DNA of 64,000 nt from the human T2T-CHM13v2.0 reference genome, Homo sapiens. The translations under genes were made by a program, and so were the position numbers. Shown here in pieces: positions 41,371-57,569 of this stretch. Below the pieces are notes generated by a model that had not been told where the DNA came from, did not search any database, and was given only the letters and a program-made list of their open reading frames with translations. Location: assembly GCF_009914755.1 (NCBI RefSeq), contig NC_060933.1, one strand, 5' to 3'. Numbering within the stretch: position 1 is the first letter of the stretch; each line of letters starts with the position of its first letter.

Positions 41371-41690
41371 ATTTCTTTCTTTCTTTCTTTCTTTCTTTTT
41401 TTTTTTGAGACAGAGTCTTGCTGTGTTGCCCAGACTGGAGCGCAGTAGCACGATCTTGGCTCACTGCAACCTCCTCCTCCTGGGTTCAAGTGATTCTCCC
41501 GCCTCACCCTGCTGAGTAGCTGGAATTACAGGCACGCACCACTATGCTTGGCTAATTTTTGTATTTTTAGTAGAGACAAGGTTTTGCCATGTTTGCCCCA
41601 GGCTGGTCTCAAACTCCTGACCTCAGGTGATCCACCCACCTCGGCCTCCCAAAGTGCTGGTATTACAGGCATGAGCCACTGCGCCCGGCT
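41371..41690 (-). mobile_element. Alu (AluS-like), TSD cacccttc..tttc
   Basis: Reverse Alu with (TTTC)n tail. Confidence 0.92.
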
Positions 41691-42378
41691 CCACCCTTCC
41701 AATTTCAAAATGAAAAAATGATTTGAGATAGTGTACAATATGCTCTCTCTCTCTCAAAAAATGCCAGCAATAAACATCAAAAACTGAATAGATAACAAAG
41801 GAGCTAATTTTATCAGGAACTGAGACAAGGCTACAACTGTACTTGAACACTAATTTAGCTCTAAGCGCTGGACAACTAGAAGCACTGAGATTTGCTTTTT
41901 CAAATGGAGAGTGTCTCAAACATGGATTGCAATCTTGAATATATTAAAAATTATTTGGTATTTATATTTTTACCCTGAAGATATTTTTTTAAAAACCAAA
42001 CCCCCTAAATCACCTTTGCCTCTGCCTCTGGTCTATCAATTGGAAGAGTACAGAACTGAAATCTTATACCTCTGTGGCTTCTCAAAAGTTCCCTTTGACT
42101 ATGTTTTAGTGCCTGTAATTGAAAAAGCTCTATTGTGGGAAAGTATCCTGGCTGGGTATACATGTCACTTCTATTATTTATAATGAAAATCACATTTCTT
42201 TGCTGAGGAATAAAAAACTTTGCATGTTAATGCTAAAAATCGATGGCATTTTCCTTCAGGGGATCACATGGAATGTTGTATTCATATAATCACTATATAA
42301 AGTTTTTGATCTTTCTAACTGAACACATATTCATAAAATTTCATGTTTAAAGGAGCTATATTGAACTTTTGAACTCAC

Positions 42379-42468
42379 CATATGCAATCTCTGGTTTACA
42401 TGCTGTTTGTTTTCTTGTCTCTGCAGAGATTGTCAGATCCAATTCTTCCTGCATTTGCCCACAATCAG
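42379..42468 (-). CDS. C5: C5 exon 38 (90 nt): (A)[29 protein letters not shown](A)
   Basis: atccag|CT ... TATG|gtgagt; phase fits. Confidence 0.96.
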
Positions 42469-42688
42469 CTGGATTTTGTGAAAATTGGTAAAAATAAGGT
42501 TAATGGAAAGAAGTAGACACTCTTTCCAGGAGTAAACACGGTTTCTCATGAGCCCAGAGACAACCCAATATAACCTTACAAATGTCAGATTTCTAAGACC
42601 TGCCCATTTTCTTTTCTTTCATAAAGTGAAATATTACATAAAGAAAACAAAACAAACAAAAACAAAAAACAAAATCTTGAGCATGTCA

Positions 42689-42910
42689 CAAGCTTGTCTA
42701 ACCCATGGCCCGTGGGCAGCACACAGCCCAGGGCAGCTTCGAATGCGGCACAACACAAATTCGTAAACTTTCTTAAAATATTATGAAATTTTTCTTGTGA
42801 TTTTTGTTTTAGCTCATTAGCTATTGTTAGTGTTAGCGTATTTTATGTATGGCCCAAGACAATTCTTCTTCCAATGTGGCCCACTGAAGCCAAAAGATTG
42901 GACACCCCTG
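42689..42910. mobile_element. MER30-like hAT DNA transposon
   Basis: cacaaattcgtaaactttcttaaa..ggcccaagacaattcttcttccaatgtggccc..gattggacacccctg. Confidence 0.82.
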
Positions 42911-43612
42911 GCATAAGACTTATTGTTAGACTGGGTGGCTACTCCACATTCAGGTCTTTAGAAATGTATGTGGTTCCCTTGATGAAAGGGGGAAATTTTC
43001 CATTTTGAGTATAATCAGAAGTCCTTTGAAGGACCCAAAATGATAATGTGACTGATTTATAGCTATAAAATGGCACAATAAGTACCTAGAAAATGTGTAG
43101 ATATTGAGGATTTTGAAAAAACCAAAACTAACTGAGACCCTCATGGAGCCAGCTGTTGATTATTGGTGAGTTCTGGATCTTTTCCTTGGCCAAGAAGGCT
43201 TTCTTCAATTTAGGAAAGACTAAATGGAACTGGACAATAAACAGAATTCCATTAACTGGGAAGTATAAGAGAAAAGGAACAGAAGCTAGTGGTTCAGTGC
43301 TGAGCCTCTGGTCTTATATGATAAAAAGACTAGGTGAAAGTAAAATCTCACATCATGTTGCCCCTATAATATTCAACAACCCTCTCGATGGTGTTTCCCT
43401 GCCTCTGTACAGCATGAACTATCAGGTTGTTCAGGAACTGTGAAAATGTAGTTTTACAATGCTCAAGGAATCATTAGCTTTCAATTAGCTGAGATAGCAT
43501 TTCTACTTCTGAGAAAGAACAGTTTACCAAACAGTGTCCCCCAGATTAACCTCAGGTTATGAACGACTGCTTTAAATAAGCATGCAGCCTAAATATGTTA
43601 AATAAAGTTTAC

Positions 43613-43696
43613 CTTCTACACACTTGCACGCGGCTCCTTCACAGACTTTCTGAATTTTGATATTGGAAGTGCTATAAAACATGGTACACTGTTTAT
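43613..43696 (-). CDS. C5: C5 exon 37 (84 nt): (D)[27 protein letters not shown](A)
   Basis: ccacag|AT ... GAAG|gtaaac; phase fits. Confidence 0.96.
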
Positions 43697-44801
43697 CTGT
43701 GGCAACAAAAGTGTGGTTAAGAGAAGTGGTTTGATTGAAGAACAACACATTTACTAATTGGCAAGTGTCTTACATGGAGCCTCAGAGATTGCTTATTTTA
43801 AACCCTTCTTTTTATAGCTAAGGCCCAGGGAGGTAAAATTATGAATTGGCTGTCCTGGGAAGGGTTCCGCTACCCTCAGAAAGATCTCCCCTTTTTCACT
43901 TAGTTCTGTGCTTGAAACACTCGTTTCTCAGAAATAAAACATTTGATGCTTCTCTAAGTAAGAGGAAAATAAATTATGTTGCATGAGGATCTTTTGAAAG
44001 AGTTGGAATTGTTTAGGGTGGACAAGGGAAGAAAAGCATATATCTATGTATCTCTATATATCTATCTCAAGGGGAAGAGGGACTATGTATGTTCTATGTG
44101 ATTTCAGAATATAAAACTAGAATGAATGGGTGTCAGAGTTTTGGTTCACTTCAAGAATTTTCTAACAAGTAGAACTGCCCAAGGTGGAGTCATCTGTCTT
44201 GTGATCCAATAAGCTCTCCAACCACATAACATTCTCAAAAATGGCTGAATAGTCAAATGTGGGATCACCCATTCATAAATATTTATTGAGTTCACATTCT
44301 ATACCCGACGCTGCGTTAGATACTAGGGACACAAGAATGAAAACACCCTGGGGTTGATGAGAAAGACATACAAATAATTGAATGCAATGTGACAGCTGCT
44401 ATAATAGAGCTATCTGCAAAGTGTAACAAGAATATAGATGGGCTAGAAGTTGTTCTGGGGGGATTGAGTTGATTTCTCTCAAAAGGAGAGATATGATTTA
44501 TCTGTGAACACCATAGATAAACCTGAGGCAAAGAATATTGAAGTTGGAGGCACTATAATCCAGTTATTTTAAATATGAAGAAACTGAGGACTGAGGTGAA
44601 ACGGTCTGCTCAATGTCAAGAAGTAGTTTATGTACAATATTTTGTATGCAGTAGTTTTGAATGTTCAAATTGGGACTTTCATGAAGAGTGGTCCCTAAGA
44701 GAGGCAATACATAAAATTTACAGGACTCTAGTGGATTTCTAAATGTTCTGGAAAGAATACAAAGTATTCTTCTGAAGAAATGTTAGCATGGAGTTGATTA
44801 C

Positions 44802-44907
44802 CTGGTCTGTGGTATTCGTACACTGTGAAAGTGGCAGGACTGAGAAACCCAACTTCAAAGAGTTCAAATATCCGGAATCGTACACAAAGGAAATCACTGG
44901 AGGGAAT
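44802..44907 (-). CDS. C5: C5 exon 36 (106 nt): [35 protein letters not shown](D)
   Basis: aaacag|ATT ... CCAG|gtaatc; MG8 / A2M receptor-binding-like motif PATFTVYEY. Confidence 0.96.
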
Positions 44908-45023
44908 CTGTTTAACAAATTCAAGGATTTAAGGAAATTATGGAGAGATGATATTTATAATCTTTTAGCCTGTATATTTTGAATAGTAATAGTAAAGGAA
45001 AAATGGTTGCAGGTGGAGCTTAC

Positions 45024-45098
45024 CGAATTCAGTTGCAGAATAACATGTCCATCTTTGATTTGGTAATCAGTGAATAGTTGATCCACCCCTTCCACAAG
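45024..45098 (-). CDS. C5: C5 exon 35 (75 nt): [25 protein letters not shown]
   Basis: cccttag|CTT ... TCG|gtaagc. Confidence 0.96.
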
Positions 45099-45352
45099 CT
45101 AAGGGGGAAAAGAGAGAAGCTTGAATTTCATTTCATTATCTTTTTGTTTAAATGCATTCACCTGTTGATGAGATAGCACAATGCAGGGATGTGATCTGTA
45201 ATTCAAAGAAATTGAAGAGCAGTTCCTCTTCTTGAAAAAGTCTGAACACATTAGCATATAAACTCATATTTTACAGAGCATGCTAGTGTATGCTTCTGCT
45301 TCACTTTGATAAATCAAAACTTAGGTTAATTATGTTTTGAAAAGAATATTCT

Positions 45353-45648
45353 GGCCAGGCCTGGTGGCTCACGCCTGTAATCCCAGCAGTTTGGGAGGCC
45401 AAAGCCAGTGGATCACCCTGATGTCAGGAGTTCGAGACCAGCCTGACTGACATGGAGAAACCTCGTCTCTACTAAACATACAAAAAAATTAGCCAGGTGT
45501 GGTGGTGCATGCCTGTAATCCCAGCTACTCGGGAGGCTGAGGCAGGAGAATCACTTGAACCCGAGAGGTGCGGTTGCAATGAGCCAAGACTGCATCACAC
45601 TCCAGCCTGGGCAACAAGAGTGAAAATCCACCTCCAAAAAAAAAAAAA
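45353..45648 (+). mobile_element. Alu (AluSp/Sq-like), TSD aa(g/a)aatattct
   Basis: Forward Alu between C5 exons 34 and 35. Confidence 0.92.
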
Positions 45649-45766
45649 TATTCTGGGTGATTCTATAAAAGTGGTATATTCAAATGAAAGAAAGTAAAAT
45701 TGTCTATAAAATAATTCAGAAAAGAAAATGAAGCATTCACAACACGATTTAAAAGAAAACACATAC

Positions 45767-45869
45767 GGCTTTTAAGTCTTCTTCATTTGCACTGATTCCA
45801 GTAGGCAAGGAGATGTCCATCACTGCATGAGAGGATCCAGATGATGATTCTTCCCTGCTGGGCTTGTAG
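45767..45869 (-). CDS. C5: C5 exon 34 (103 nt): (S)[34 protein letters not shown]
   Basis: ttttag|C ... GCC|gtatgt; DISLPTG motif typical of the C3/C4/C5/A2M family. Confidence 0.96.
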
Positions 45870-46325
45870 CTAAAATAAAAAAGAGGTTAGAAAATATAAT
45901 AAATAAGTGAATAAGAGTCTTTAAGAAAGGACACTCTTCCTTAGTAGACCTTAATTTTTAAATTTGGGTCTCCATTTATTTGCTTTTCTACAATGTACGG
46001 GTTAAAATCTCTGACTTTAGAGTTGCAAGAGATCTTTGAGTCATCTATTCTCTTTCCTCACTTGATCAATAATCTCAACAGACCACTCTACTGGAACACA
46101 GAAGTCATCCACACCAAGCTAACTAGCTGGGGAAACTCAGGATGAGAGTAAGGCACTGGTTCAAGGTCACATGGCTAATTCATGCAGAGCTACAGAAGAA
46201 TCCAGGTCTTTGGATTCTCACGTTAGTTCATTTTCTAATGAAGCATATTCCAAGGAAAAAATCAGTTGTATGTTGAAAAGAGATTCAATAAACATGTCCA
46301 GGAAAAGCTGGAAGAAAATACACTA

Positions 46326-46622
<297 letters not shown>

Positions 46623-47372
46623 CCCACAAATATTAGTAGCTACTTTGGATGGTGAGATTATAAGCAATTATCTCTTTTCTTTTTCATGCTTTTCTCTATT
46701 TTCTATATTTCCCATAATAGCTACTTTATATAGAAAATGTTTCAAGGACTGTCCTTTCAGTAGGAATTCTGCTAGTAGGAATTTAAGCGGAAATGCAAAA
46801 AGGGCACAATGGGAGGGTTTTGTTTTTGTTTTTGTTTTGTAAGAGAGAAAAGAATACTGAAATGGAGAATCAGGAAACTTGGGTTTTATTCCAGTTCTGA
46901 GATTCCCACAAATCATTTCCCCTTTCTAAGCTCATTTTCTTATTTGTAAAATTAACTGTGAAGAAGTATAAGTTTGTGTTTTAAATTTATCTTTATAATT
47001 CCCAGGCTTTGGTTTTGGGTGGCAGAGGCTTAGAGCTACCATTAAGAGATGTTAGAAGACATAAAAGAGACAGGCTGGCGGGGCTGAGGCTGGGGCAGAG
47101 ACAGACGGAGTGTGATTCTGTAAAAGTTGATTTCAGGTTCCAGCCTCACCTCAAGATGCTTGAAAGGCAGCTGGATGTTTGAGAGTGAAGCTTGGGAGAG
47201 CAGTCAGGATTAAAGGAAGAAATTAAAAGACAGCTTCATAAGGGGTAAAATGAATTGATCTCACCTACAGGTATGAATGTTGGTGGAAGAGGAGATACTA
47301 AGCAAGTTAGTGAGGGGTCAGGGCATATCTTTTCCTCAATGACACCTCATAGAGCATATATAATGCAGTCCC

Positions 47373-47655
47373 AGCTGGGTGCGGTGGCTCACACCTGTCA
47401 TCCCAGCACTTTGAGAGGCTGAGTCAGATCAGCTGAAGCCAGGAGTTCGAGACCAGCCTGGCCAACATGGTGAAACCACTTCTCTACTAAAAATACAAAA
47501 ATTAGCTGGCTGTGGTAGCTCACACCTGTAATCCCAGCTACTTAAGAGGCTGAGGCACGAGAATGGCTTGAGGCTGGGAGGCAGAGGTTGCAGTGAGCTG
47601 AGATCGCACCACTGCACTCTAGTCTGGGCAACTGAGCAAGACTCTGCCTCAAAAA

Positions 47656-47690
<35 letters not shown>
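47373..47690 (+). mobile_element. Alu with (AAAT)n tail, TSD aa(t/a)gcagtccc
   Basis: Forward Alu. Confidence 0.92.
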
Positions 47691-49076
47691 AAGCAGTCCC
47701 CATTAGAAGTCATAGATGTAATATTTGCCACAATAAAGAAAAGTATTCTAAAATCTCTGACTCATAAAAATTTAACCCTATTCTTCACCAAATTAACAAT
47801 TTAGAACAGAATATAAAACACTTGGAACTCTAATGTGACATCTGAACATCTCCCTAATTGGATGGGTAGAAGCAGAGCACTCTTGCTCACAGATGCAAAC
47901 ACTTTGTCAGCAGGATGGAAAAGGGCCTCCCGAGTGGAGAGTGTCTATGAAAAGGTTGCTGGAGCCTTGATGACTGGTTGCCATGGAGACTGTTTCAATG
48001 GTGGAACAGAAATCCTCCTTTCAAGAAGCCCTTTGCCTGCTGCCAAAACCAGCAATCTTCCCCAAAGGCATTTTGTTGTGAGGGAAATGAAATCCTTTTT
48101 TCTTTTCTTAGGAATACAACAGAGAGGTTGTAAAAAGGTAAATACACGAAAGAGACCCTCTGAACACAGAAACTTCATGCTGGCATTTTTTAATCAGGAG
48201 AGAGAATATTTGAAGGCAAAGAAGTTCCTACATGAATAAGTACTACACAGTTCCTTTTGGAATTTACCCAACCTAACTTCAGTGTCAACAGAGCCAAAAG
48301 CATATTCCACCCGCCTTTCTGGAACATTTTGTCCCCAATTTGTAAAAACCAAAGGATAGACTATTCAAGATTGCATTTCTCCTTGCTTTCTTTTGTATGT
48401 TGATAATCTGGAATTAGGCCTCCTGACAATGAAGTCAAATGAATGAATTTTTGATAACAGCCTTTTTCTGTACGGCAGAATTGTGGATAATTAGAACTGG
48501 CAGAAAACTTGAGATAAGGTAGTGCAATATCTTTGCTTTATAGAAGAGGATTGGAGAAGTAAACTGATTTCCTGAAGGTCACTGGAGTTCTTACTGGTAG
48601 AGGCTATCCCACAGGTGTCTCACCCTATCAGAGAGCTCTTCTTTATTGCAAGTCTAGATGCCTCCCTGTAGGGTCCCAGGCACTGATTCGAGCTCTGCCC
48701 AGAAGTTTGCTTACACTTCCCTTTGACAACTGTTACAAATTTAAAGGTAATTGTGATCATGCTCCTCCCCAGCTGGTAGGTGCCCAAGGGTAGGAATGGC
48801 ATTTAGTGGGAAAGAAGCTGCCTGGGAAAGGGCGACCTTACTGGAAAGACATTAGGGAATGAGGAAAGATGTTTGAGCGGGAACAGAGAGCAGGGACTGG
48901 CCACAGAAGGAAGTAGGAAATGCTGGAAGGAAGAAATGCTGATGAGGAAGGAAATAGGGCTGAATAGTGAAGGAATCCTAAGAAGCGATTGGGCTTGGGA
49001 CATAGAGAAGACTGGGAAACAGCTGGGAGGGAGGCAGGGAGAAACTATGTGCTGTTCCTTGGGATTAGTGGTCTTA

Positions 49077-49430
<354 letters not shown>

Positions 49431-49778
49431 TCAGAGGTTGGGGATTTGAGCCCCTAGCTCTGCCTCTAACTCTGTGAGCATTTGGCAGGCGACTTTATCT
49501 CTTTGGGTCTTAGTTTCTTCATTTCCAAAACAAGAGGATTATGATATCATCCCTAAGGTCCTTCTCAGCTCTCATCTTTTGCACAACACTATTGAATTTC
49601 CAAGTTATCCACACTGGGTGCATGATTATAAGTAAAATCAGCAAAATGCCATCCACAGATATCACTGTTATTGACAATACAAGAGTTAAGAAAATAGAAC
49701 ACAATAGAAAGGACTGAGGGACGATGGAAAGAACAGGGAAGAAGTCTGTGTTTCAGTCCTGGCTCTACCACTCTCTGA

Positions 49779-50146
<368 letters not shown>

Positions 50147-50185
50147 AAAAAACCTACACTTTCATAAATGTTTTAGGATGGTGGC

Positions 50186-50658
50186 TGTGGTAAGCAGAAT
50201 AATGGCCCCCAAGGGTGTCCATGTCCTAATCCCCTGAACCTGTGAATATGTTACCTTATGTGGCAAAGAGAACTTTACAGATGTGATTAAATTAAGGATT
50301 TGAGATAGGGGGTTATTTGTGCAGGCCTAATGTAAAGACAAGAATCTTTATGAGGAAAGGAAGCAGGAGAGTCAGAGAAGGAGGTGTGATGATGGAAGCA
50401 GGGGTCACAGTCAGATTGGAAGATGCTGTGACACTGGTATTGAAGACAGAGAGGGGCCACAAGCCAAAGAACACAGGTAGCCTCTAGAATCTGGAATAGG
50501 CAAAGAAATTCTAGAGCTTCCAGAAGGAATACAGCCTTACCCAGCTCCTTGATTTTGGGACTTCTCACCTCTAGAATTGCAAGATAGTAAAACTGTGTTG
50601 GTTTAAACCATTACATTTGCAATAAATTGTTACCTAGCAATAACAGGAAACTAATACA
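50186..50658 (+). mobile_element. MLT1D-like solo LTR, perfect 5-bp TSD gtggc
   Basis: tgtggtaagcagaataatggccccc...ggaaactaataca. Confidence 0.88.
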
Positions 50659-51186
50659 GTGGCCAATTGAGGCCTCGGTATTTAGTTGGGAGAGGGTTTA
50701 ACATCAGTGGTTCTCAACCCTGGCTACCATTAGAATGACCTCTGGAGCCCGGGACATTTGGACAGCTCTAAGAGCTCTCCAGCTGACTTCAATGTGCAGC
50801 TTGAGTTGAGAATCTAGCTGATAATGGATTTTGTTAGGTAAATGTGATTTTTCTAAGTAAGAGAGTAGGGGCTGTTTTTGAGAGAATCTTTTATATTTTT
50901 TTCCTAATTTTTTAAATCACATTTCTATCCCTCTGAAAGAGAAAAAATTAATATTACACTGTTTGAATCAGAAGACAAAACAGACAGAGAAAACTATTAT
51001 GAGCAAAACCAAGGCTGTTTTTTATGGTAAGTAGCAATTTAAGAATATATATGTTCTGCATTTTTAAACAATTGAACAATTTTGTATCTTCTGGACATAC
51101 CAAAATTTGAAAATATGTAAAGAAACAATACGTTAACAAAAATGAGAACTTGGAGTCTATGCTCCCCTTTGTGGAAATAGGCTCAC

Positions 51187-51244
51187 CTGGCACATGCTAC
51201 TATGCGTTTGTAATCAGAGTTTCCGTAGCCTCTGTAGTGGGATG
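51187..51244 (-). CDS. C5: C5 exon 33 (58 nt): (A)[18 protein letters not shown](S)
   Basis: gtgccag|CA ... CCAG|gtgagc; phase fits. Confidence 0.95.
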
Positions 51245-52295
51245 CTGGCACATAAAACAAGAAAACAAACAGACAAATATAAGAGTAAACTGTTTTCAGC
51301 TGCTTTGGAACCTGTCAGAACAGAATCATTAATGAGCAAATCTTTGAACACACTTAAAAATGATTTGTGATTTGGAAGTTTAGATACTTTCAGTGGTTCT
51401 AATGGAAATTCATGGCTATTGACAATACCAGGAAGTCTTTAAATAATTAACAGTTCATTGCTCTCAAATAACTTATAATTTAATGAAGAAATTATTAAAG
51501 ATAAATATGTATTGGTAATATGTTTGGGGGATGTTGGAGGGAGGAAGAACAGATGCCTTAATTTGCTGGTAGTTGGGAAGTTTCCTGTAGGAACAGGCTT
51601 CTGAGCAATAGATGGAAAATATCAGGGCAGAGGCAGCAACATTCATTCTGACCCTGGAGGCAATGGGGAGACCAGGAGGACTGGAGTGTGCAAGTGGACT
51701 TGCTTTTGGACCAGGAAGGGAGAACCAACCAGCAGAGGGATGTGAGGGCCTTGGGTTAAATAAAAGGGTCAGGGGTACATTTAAAGAAAGGATGGTACAG
51801 GAGAGACTAAAAAAGAAAGGGGTACAGGAGAGACTAAGTTAAAGATGGAGGCAGAGAAATGTTTATTTTCTGGGCCCCTTGGAATACAGAAAGGCTAAGG
51901 GATGGAAAACTAACAGGGTGATAAGAGAATTCAAGGTCCCAGATTGGAAGGCTAACACAAAAGTAACAGAAATTCCTGGTTCTGGAATTAGACCTTAATG
52001 TGGCTTTACAACTAGTTACACTCTTTAAAAATAACATAGTCAAAACAATTTATTGATCAATAGCAAATACATTTAGCTTAGTCATTGTTATTTAATATTA
52101 GCTTCCGACTATATTAAAGAGTTATCTATTGTAAAAAATGGAAGTAATATTTACTTGGATGTCAACCTGCTAAAGTATTTGGTTAAGAAATTTCACTTTT
52201 TGAGTAAGCACATTTTTACTAATCAGAGAAGCTCTCTATTTATACACATGCTTTATTTTTAGCCAAAATTACAGCGTAAATCCTGCTGTTTTTAC

Positions 52296-52377
52296 CTTCA
52301 ATATCCTGAGTATCGATTTTCAAATAAAAGCTGCAAACTTCCTCAGAGGTACTGGTTTTGTGAACTACAGTTGTTAC
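52296..52377 (-). CDS. C5: C5 exon 32 (82 nt): [27 protein letters not shown](A)
   Basis: aatgtag|GTA ... GAAG|gtaaaa. Confidence 0.95.
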
Positions 52378-52954
52378 CTACATTGGGGACAAGTAAGCAA
52401 GAAGATTCTATTTAAAGTGGGAAAGTGACAAAGGTATTATGGCAACACTGCTGCTGCAGATGGGATGCTCGAAGGATCATTTTCATAATCCAGCACAAAT
52501 GGTGTACATTAGTGACTCATTTTTCCAGCAGCTGGACTTTAAGCAAACTCCATAATCTAAACCTGAGAGGCCCAAAGTAAGCAAAAAATGACTTCTGGCC
52601 GGTCAGAAGCTTGGTCTAAATTCCATGCAGTCAAATCTGGGCACCTCACTCTACAGGAGAGTTCCCAAGGTTCTTGTTTTGAACCTTTCCACTTTAATTT
52701 TACACACAACAGCACAAGGCTAAGAAGTGTGGGTTTCTTCCAGCCACACGCCATCATGGCAAACAACAAATTATAGGTGTGTATGAATGGGCAGAGGTGC
52801 TGCCAGAAGTAGATATATTGACACCAACCAGAAGTGGCAGAAAAGTGGACAATCTCTCCTCCCCCATATAAACTTACAACAGTCCTTGAAGGAATGAATG
52901 CACTAAAGATAAGAGCGTGATTAAAATTATTAATAGGATGTTAATTTATGCTCA

Positions 52955-53862
<908 letters not shown>

Positions 53863-54055
53863 AACATTGTTATTTTCAAAAAAATTGTGAGGATAGTTAC
53901 AAAGATTGCTAGAAAGATTTACATAAGTGAATCCCACTTTAGTCATGGTTACCCAAGCCCAGATTTCTGTGACTTTGTGGCAAAGCTCCTAACTTTTATG
54001 TTACCTAGTACAAATGGACACATAACTCGTTATTGGATATCAATTAAATACTTAC

Positions 54056-54118
54056 ATGTACTGTAGCCAAGCCACTGCCAAATCCTGTACTGACAATGAG
54101 GTCATCATTGAGAAGCAC
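54056..54118 (-). CDS. C5: C5 exon 31 (63 nt): VLLNDDLIVSTGFGSGLATVH
   Basis: ttccag|GTG ... CAT|gtaagt; peptide visible in ORF 54044..54268. Confidence 0.96.
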
Positions 54119-55805
54119 CTGGAAAGATAATAGAGAAACCATGCTTTCTTTCATCATTTGATAGGGAGGGAGGATAGAGCTATGAAAAGTGGGTTGACAT
54201 GTACCAGCCTCCTCTCTCAGAGCTCTTCTGAGAGTAACTGGATGAGACACTGAAAATCCTATGCCCATGGCAGGTGCTAAACAAGGCTGGTATTTCCCCT
54301 TTCCCTTCTACATGTAAATAAGATGTCTGAGATCTCCTGAGTGAACCAACAAAAGCAACATGTCAGAGGTCACTTCTGGTTACATTTTCATTTACATATG
54401 GCTATGGTAAATCTGGATCTTCATCTCCTTTTGCCAACTGAATAAATTCCTTTCTGTGCCTAGCTCAGGAATCAGCATCCTGTGTGCCAATGGAGATCGT
54501 TTTCATTAGAACCCAGAGCAGGGAACCTCCACATAACTTGAAAGCGGGTGCATCTATCTTTGGTCCTCTCTGAGCTCCTCCTTTGCACCCCTTTTCCATC
54601 TCTTGATGATTTATCTTTTCCACTTGTCACCGCCTTTGTTTGCAGAAACCCCTGGTACCCCACCCCAAACCACTAGCACCCCACTCAAGCCTGCCAAATC
54701 CTTAGTTGCTGCTGCTCTTCTTCCCACTCTGCTAGGAGGAAACTGAAGACATAAACGGAGTTAAGTCATTCTCCTCTCCAGAGAAACTCTGTCATCCAAA
54801 TGCTCCCTAATTTGTGGAAAGTACAGGAGAGATAATTTTGAGCCCGAGGGGTTGGCACTTCCTTTACTCCAAGCCTCCCCTTTCCTTTGCTTAGCACAAT
54901 AATGCAAGATGGATTGGGCATATGTTAAAGTTTCTCAATCCTTCCTTCAAATTTTAGTAAATGTAGGAAAGTAGGTCAACATTCTTGTTCTCCCTGATAG
55001 AATATAGCAGCATTTGTTGGAAAACAGGTGTCTTGAGATACTGCATGTGAAAAGCATGCATGACAAATAAGTTTGGGAAATGCTGTGCACTGTGCCCTGC
55101 CTCTGCCCCTTTTCACACCCAGAGTCACCACACTTAATCACATACATGTTACAGAACAGGGGAATTCTGGATTAAAGAACTTGTTTAACTTAATTTAAAT
55201 TAATTTGTTTAACTTAATTAATGCACACTCAACCACCTAACACTCTTTCATGGAACACATTTCAGGAAATGCTGGAGTAGAAAATTCCACACTGGATAAT
55301 AACAGCCCAGGTTTTACATGGAAGCAGCATCCTGGGCTGGGGTTTAAATTTTGTTAGGATGACAAGAGGCCTCTTACAGCATTATCCCTATAGAGAAGAA
55401 TAATTTCAGCTACCTCAGGTAGCTGGAAGGTCAAGAGATCCTTCTTAGAGCTTAGACTCAGAACATGAATCTCCGGTGAACTCTAAATGATCCCAGGGAA
55501 AGGAGACATATTCCCAAACTAGGGACCACAAGCACAAATGCCTGCAGAGGCCCGGGCACAAAGCAGGTATGAACATAAATGCACATGCATACGTCCTGTG
55601 ACTGGTGGGGACTGCAGTAAATTGTAGAAGCCATGCCAATGCCTGGTGCTTTGCTTTCAGGTCTTTTGGTTTATCAAGGGAAGTTGGGAATCAGGTTTTT
55701 ATTTGAAATATCTGGATCCTTAAATGTTGGCATATATCTATGTCTATGTTTATATCCATATTCTTTTTTTTCAGTATGGGCCACCAGTTTGCAATTTTTG
55801 CATTA

Positions 55806-56108
<303 letters not shown>

Positions 56109-56901
56109 TTATTTCTCATGCTTGTTTACTTTTAACAAACACCAATTTGTGAAGGATGTCAACAATGAGGATTATTTCCAATTACTGTACATTTAAATAT
56201 ACTTTAAAATAATGCAAACACAGTAATTAGAAAAATATGTATCAGCAGCTATATGTGGGCAGCTAATATTAATATAGAACCCAGTTTTTCCAACATGTCT
56301 TGTTCTTTGTGAAATTTTCATAAGCCATCAAAGTTACCACCTTTAAAAATCCAGCAGTAGCAAAGGACATGGGGCAAGGAGCTGGGGACCCTAAAGGCCA
56401 ACTCCAACCTGGCCACAGTCTGCATGTATGACCAGGGCCAGAAGGGACCACCAGCAGCCTCCCAGACATGCCTTCCCTCCTACGCTCACTGTACTGCTCT
56501 GTGCGCTGTTATCTATGTCTGGAATGTTCTTCCTTTTTCTTCACTTGGCTAACTCATTCTGATTTTTTCAGATTTAACCCACACATCTGGACACATCTGA
56601 CAAACTCCCTCCATCTTTCAGCCAGGATCAGGAGGGCCCCTCTGTACTTCCATGTACCTATCAAGACTCTTATTTTTCACTATCTGCTTAAATGACAATC
56701 TCCCTGCACTACGCTGATTGTTTGTGTTTTATTTTTGAATCCTCAGTGCCCAGGATATAGCAGGCATCCCTGTTTAGGACATAGCTGACACTCAATATAT
56801 GTTTAAGTAGTGAAGAGATAGATTTATAAAATAAAGAGTGGAACAGATGATTTCAATGGTCTTAGCCAATTGTAAAATACTACACAAAGTTCTTCATTTA
56901 C

Positions 56902-57054
56902 CTCTACTGGCCTCCCAAGGAAATTCTTGTCTGTCATTTTATAATTATGTAAGGCACCTTTATGCTTGTAAGAAACATCGATGTCCATACTCAAGCGGAG
57001 TTGTTTAACCAGGAGTGAATATTCCGTCAGGCCCTCAATGGCATTGATTGTGTC
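56902..57054 (-). CDS. C5: C5 exon 30 (153 nt): [51 protein letters not shown]
   Basis: tgacag|GAC ... GAG|gtaaat. Confidence 0.96.
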
Positions 57055-57569
57055 CTGTCAGCAATCAGCAAGGCACAAAAATATGTTTAGTTTATTTATG
57101 TACTCCCTATTTACAAATGCCCTTTTTATGAGAGGGTAGGGCAGCATTGTCTGGAGATGAAACTCCAGCTGACTCAGTAAGACTGGTTAAGAGCCCCATT
57201 GTGGAGGTGGAAGAAAGGTCTCTCCCTCCTCAATAAAGATGCTGTTAGCAGGGACAGGAAGGAAGTGTGGCCTCAGATCTGGGTCCTCTATATATTCTGC
57301 AAATGTAACCTCAGGCAAGTCACTGTTTGCAGAATTCATCTGAGTCTTTGAACAATTATCTCTTCCTCATCCTTTAGTCTGACCTTAAGTATCTCCACAA
57401 CAAGGCCATAAACTCCCCTTTCCCGTTATTCTCTGTTTTAAGGTTCCCTTTTTGCCCTTTCTAGCATTCATCTCAATTTGTAATGCTTTTATTTATAGTT
57501 TATTGTTGGCCTACCCCACTGCAATATAAGATTTGTGAGGCAAGTAGGTAATATATTTTTCTTGATGCC

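Noticed and set aside
51783-51837. ~28-bp tandem duplication (aaagaaagg..ggtacaggagagactaa x2); similar one at 55180-55222
   Set aside because: Ordinary slippage products in introns with no functional clue.
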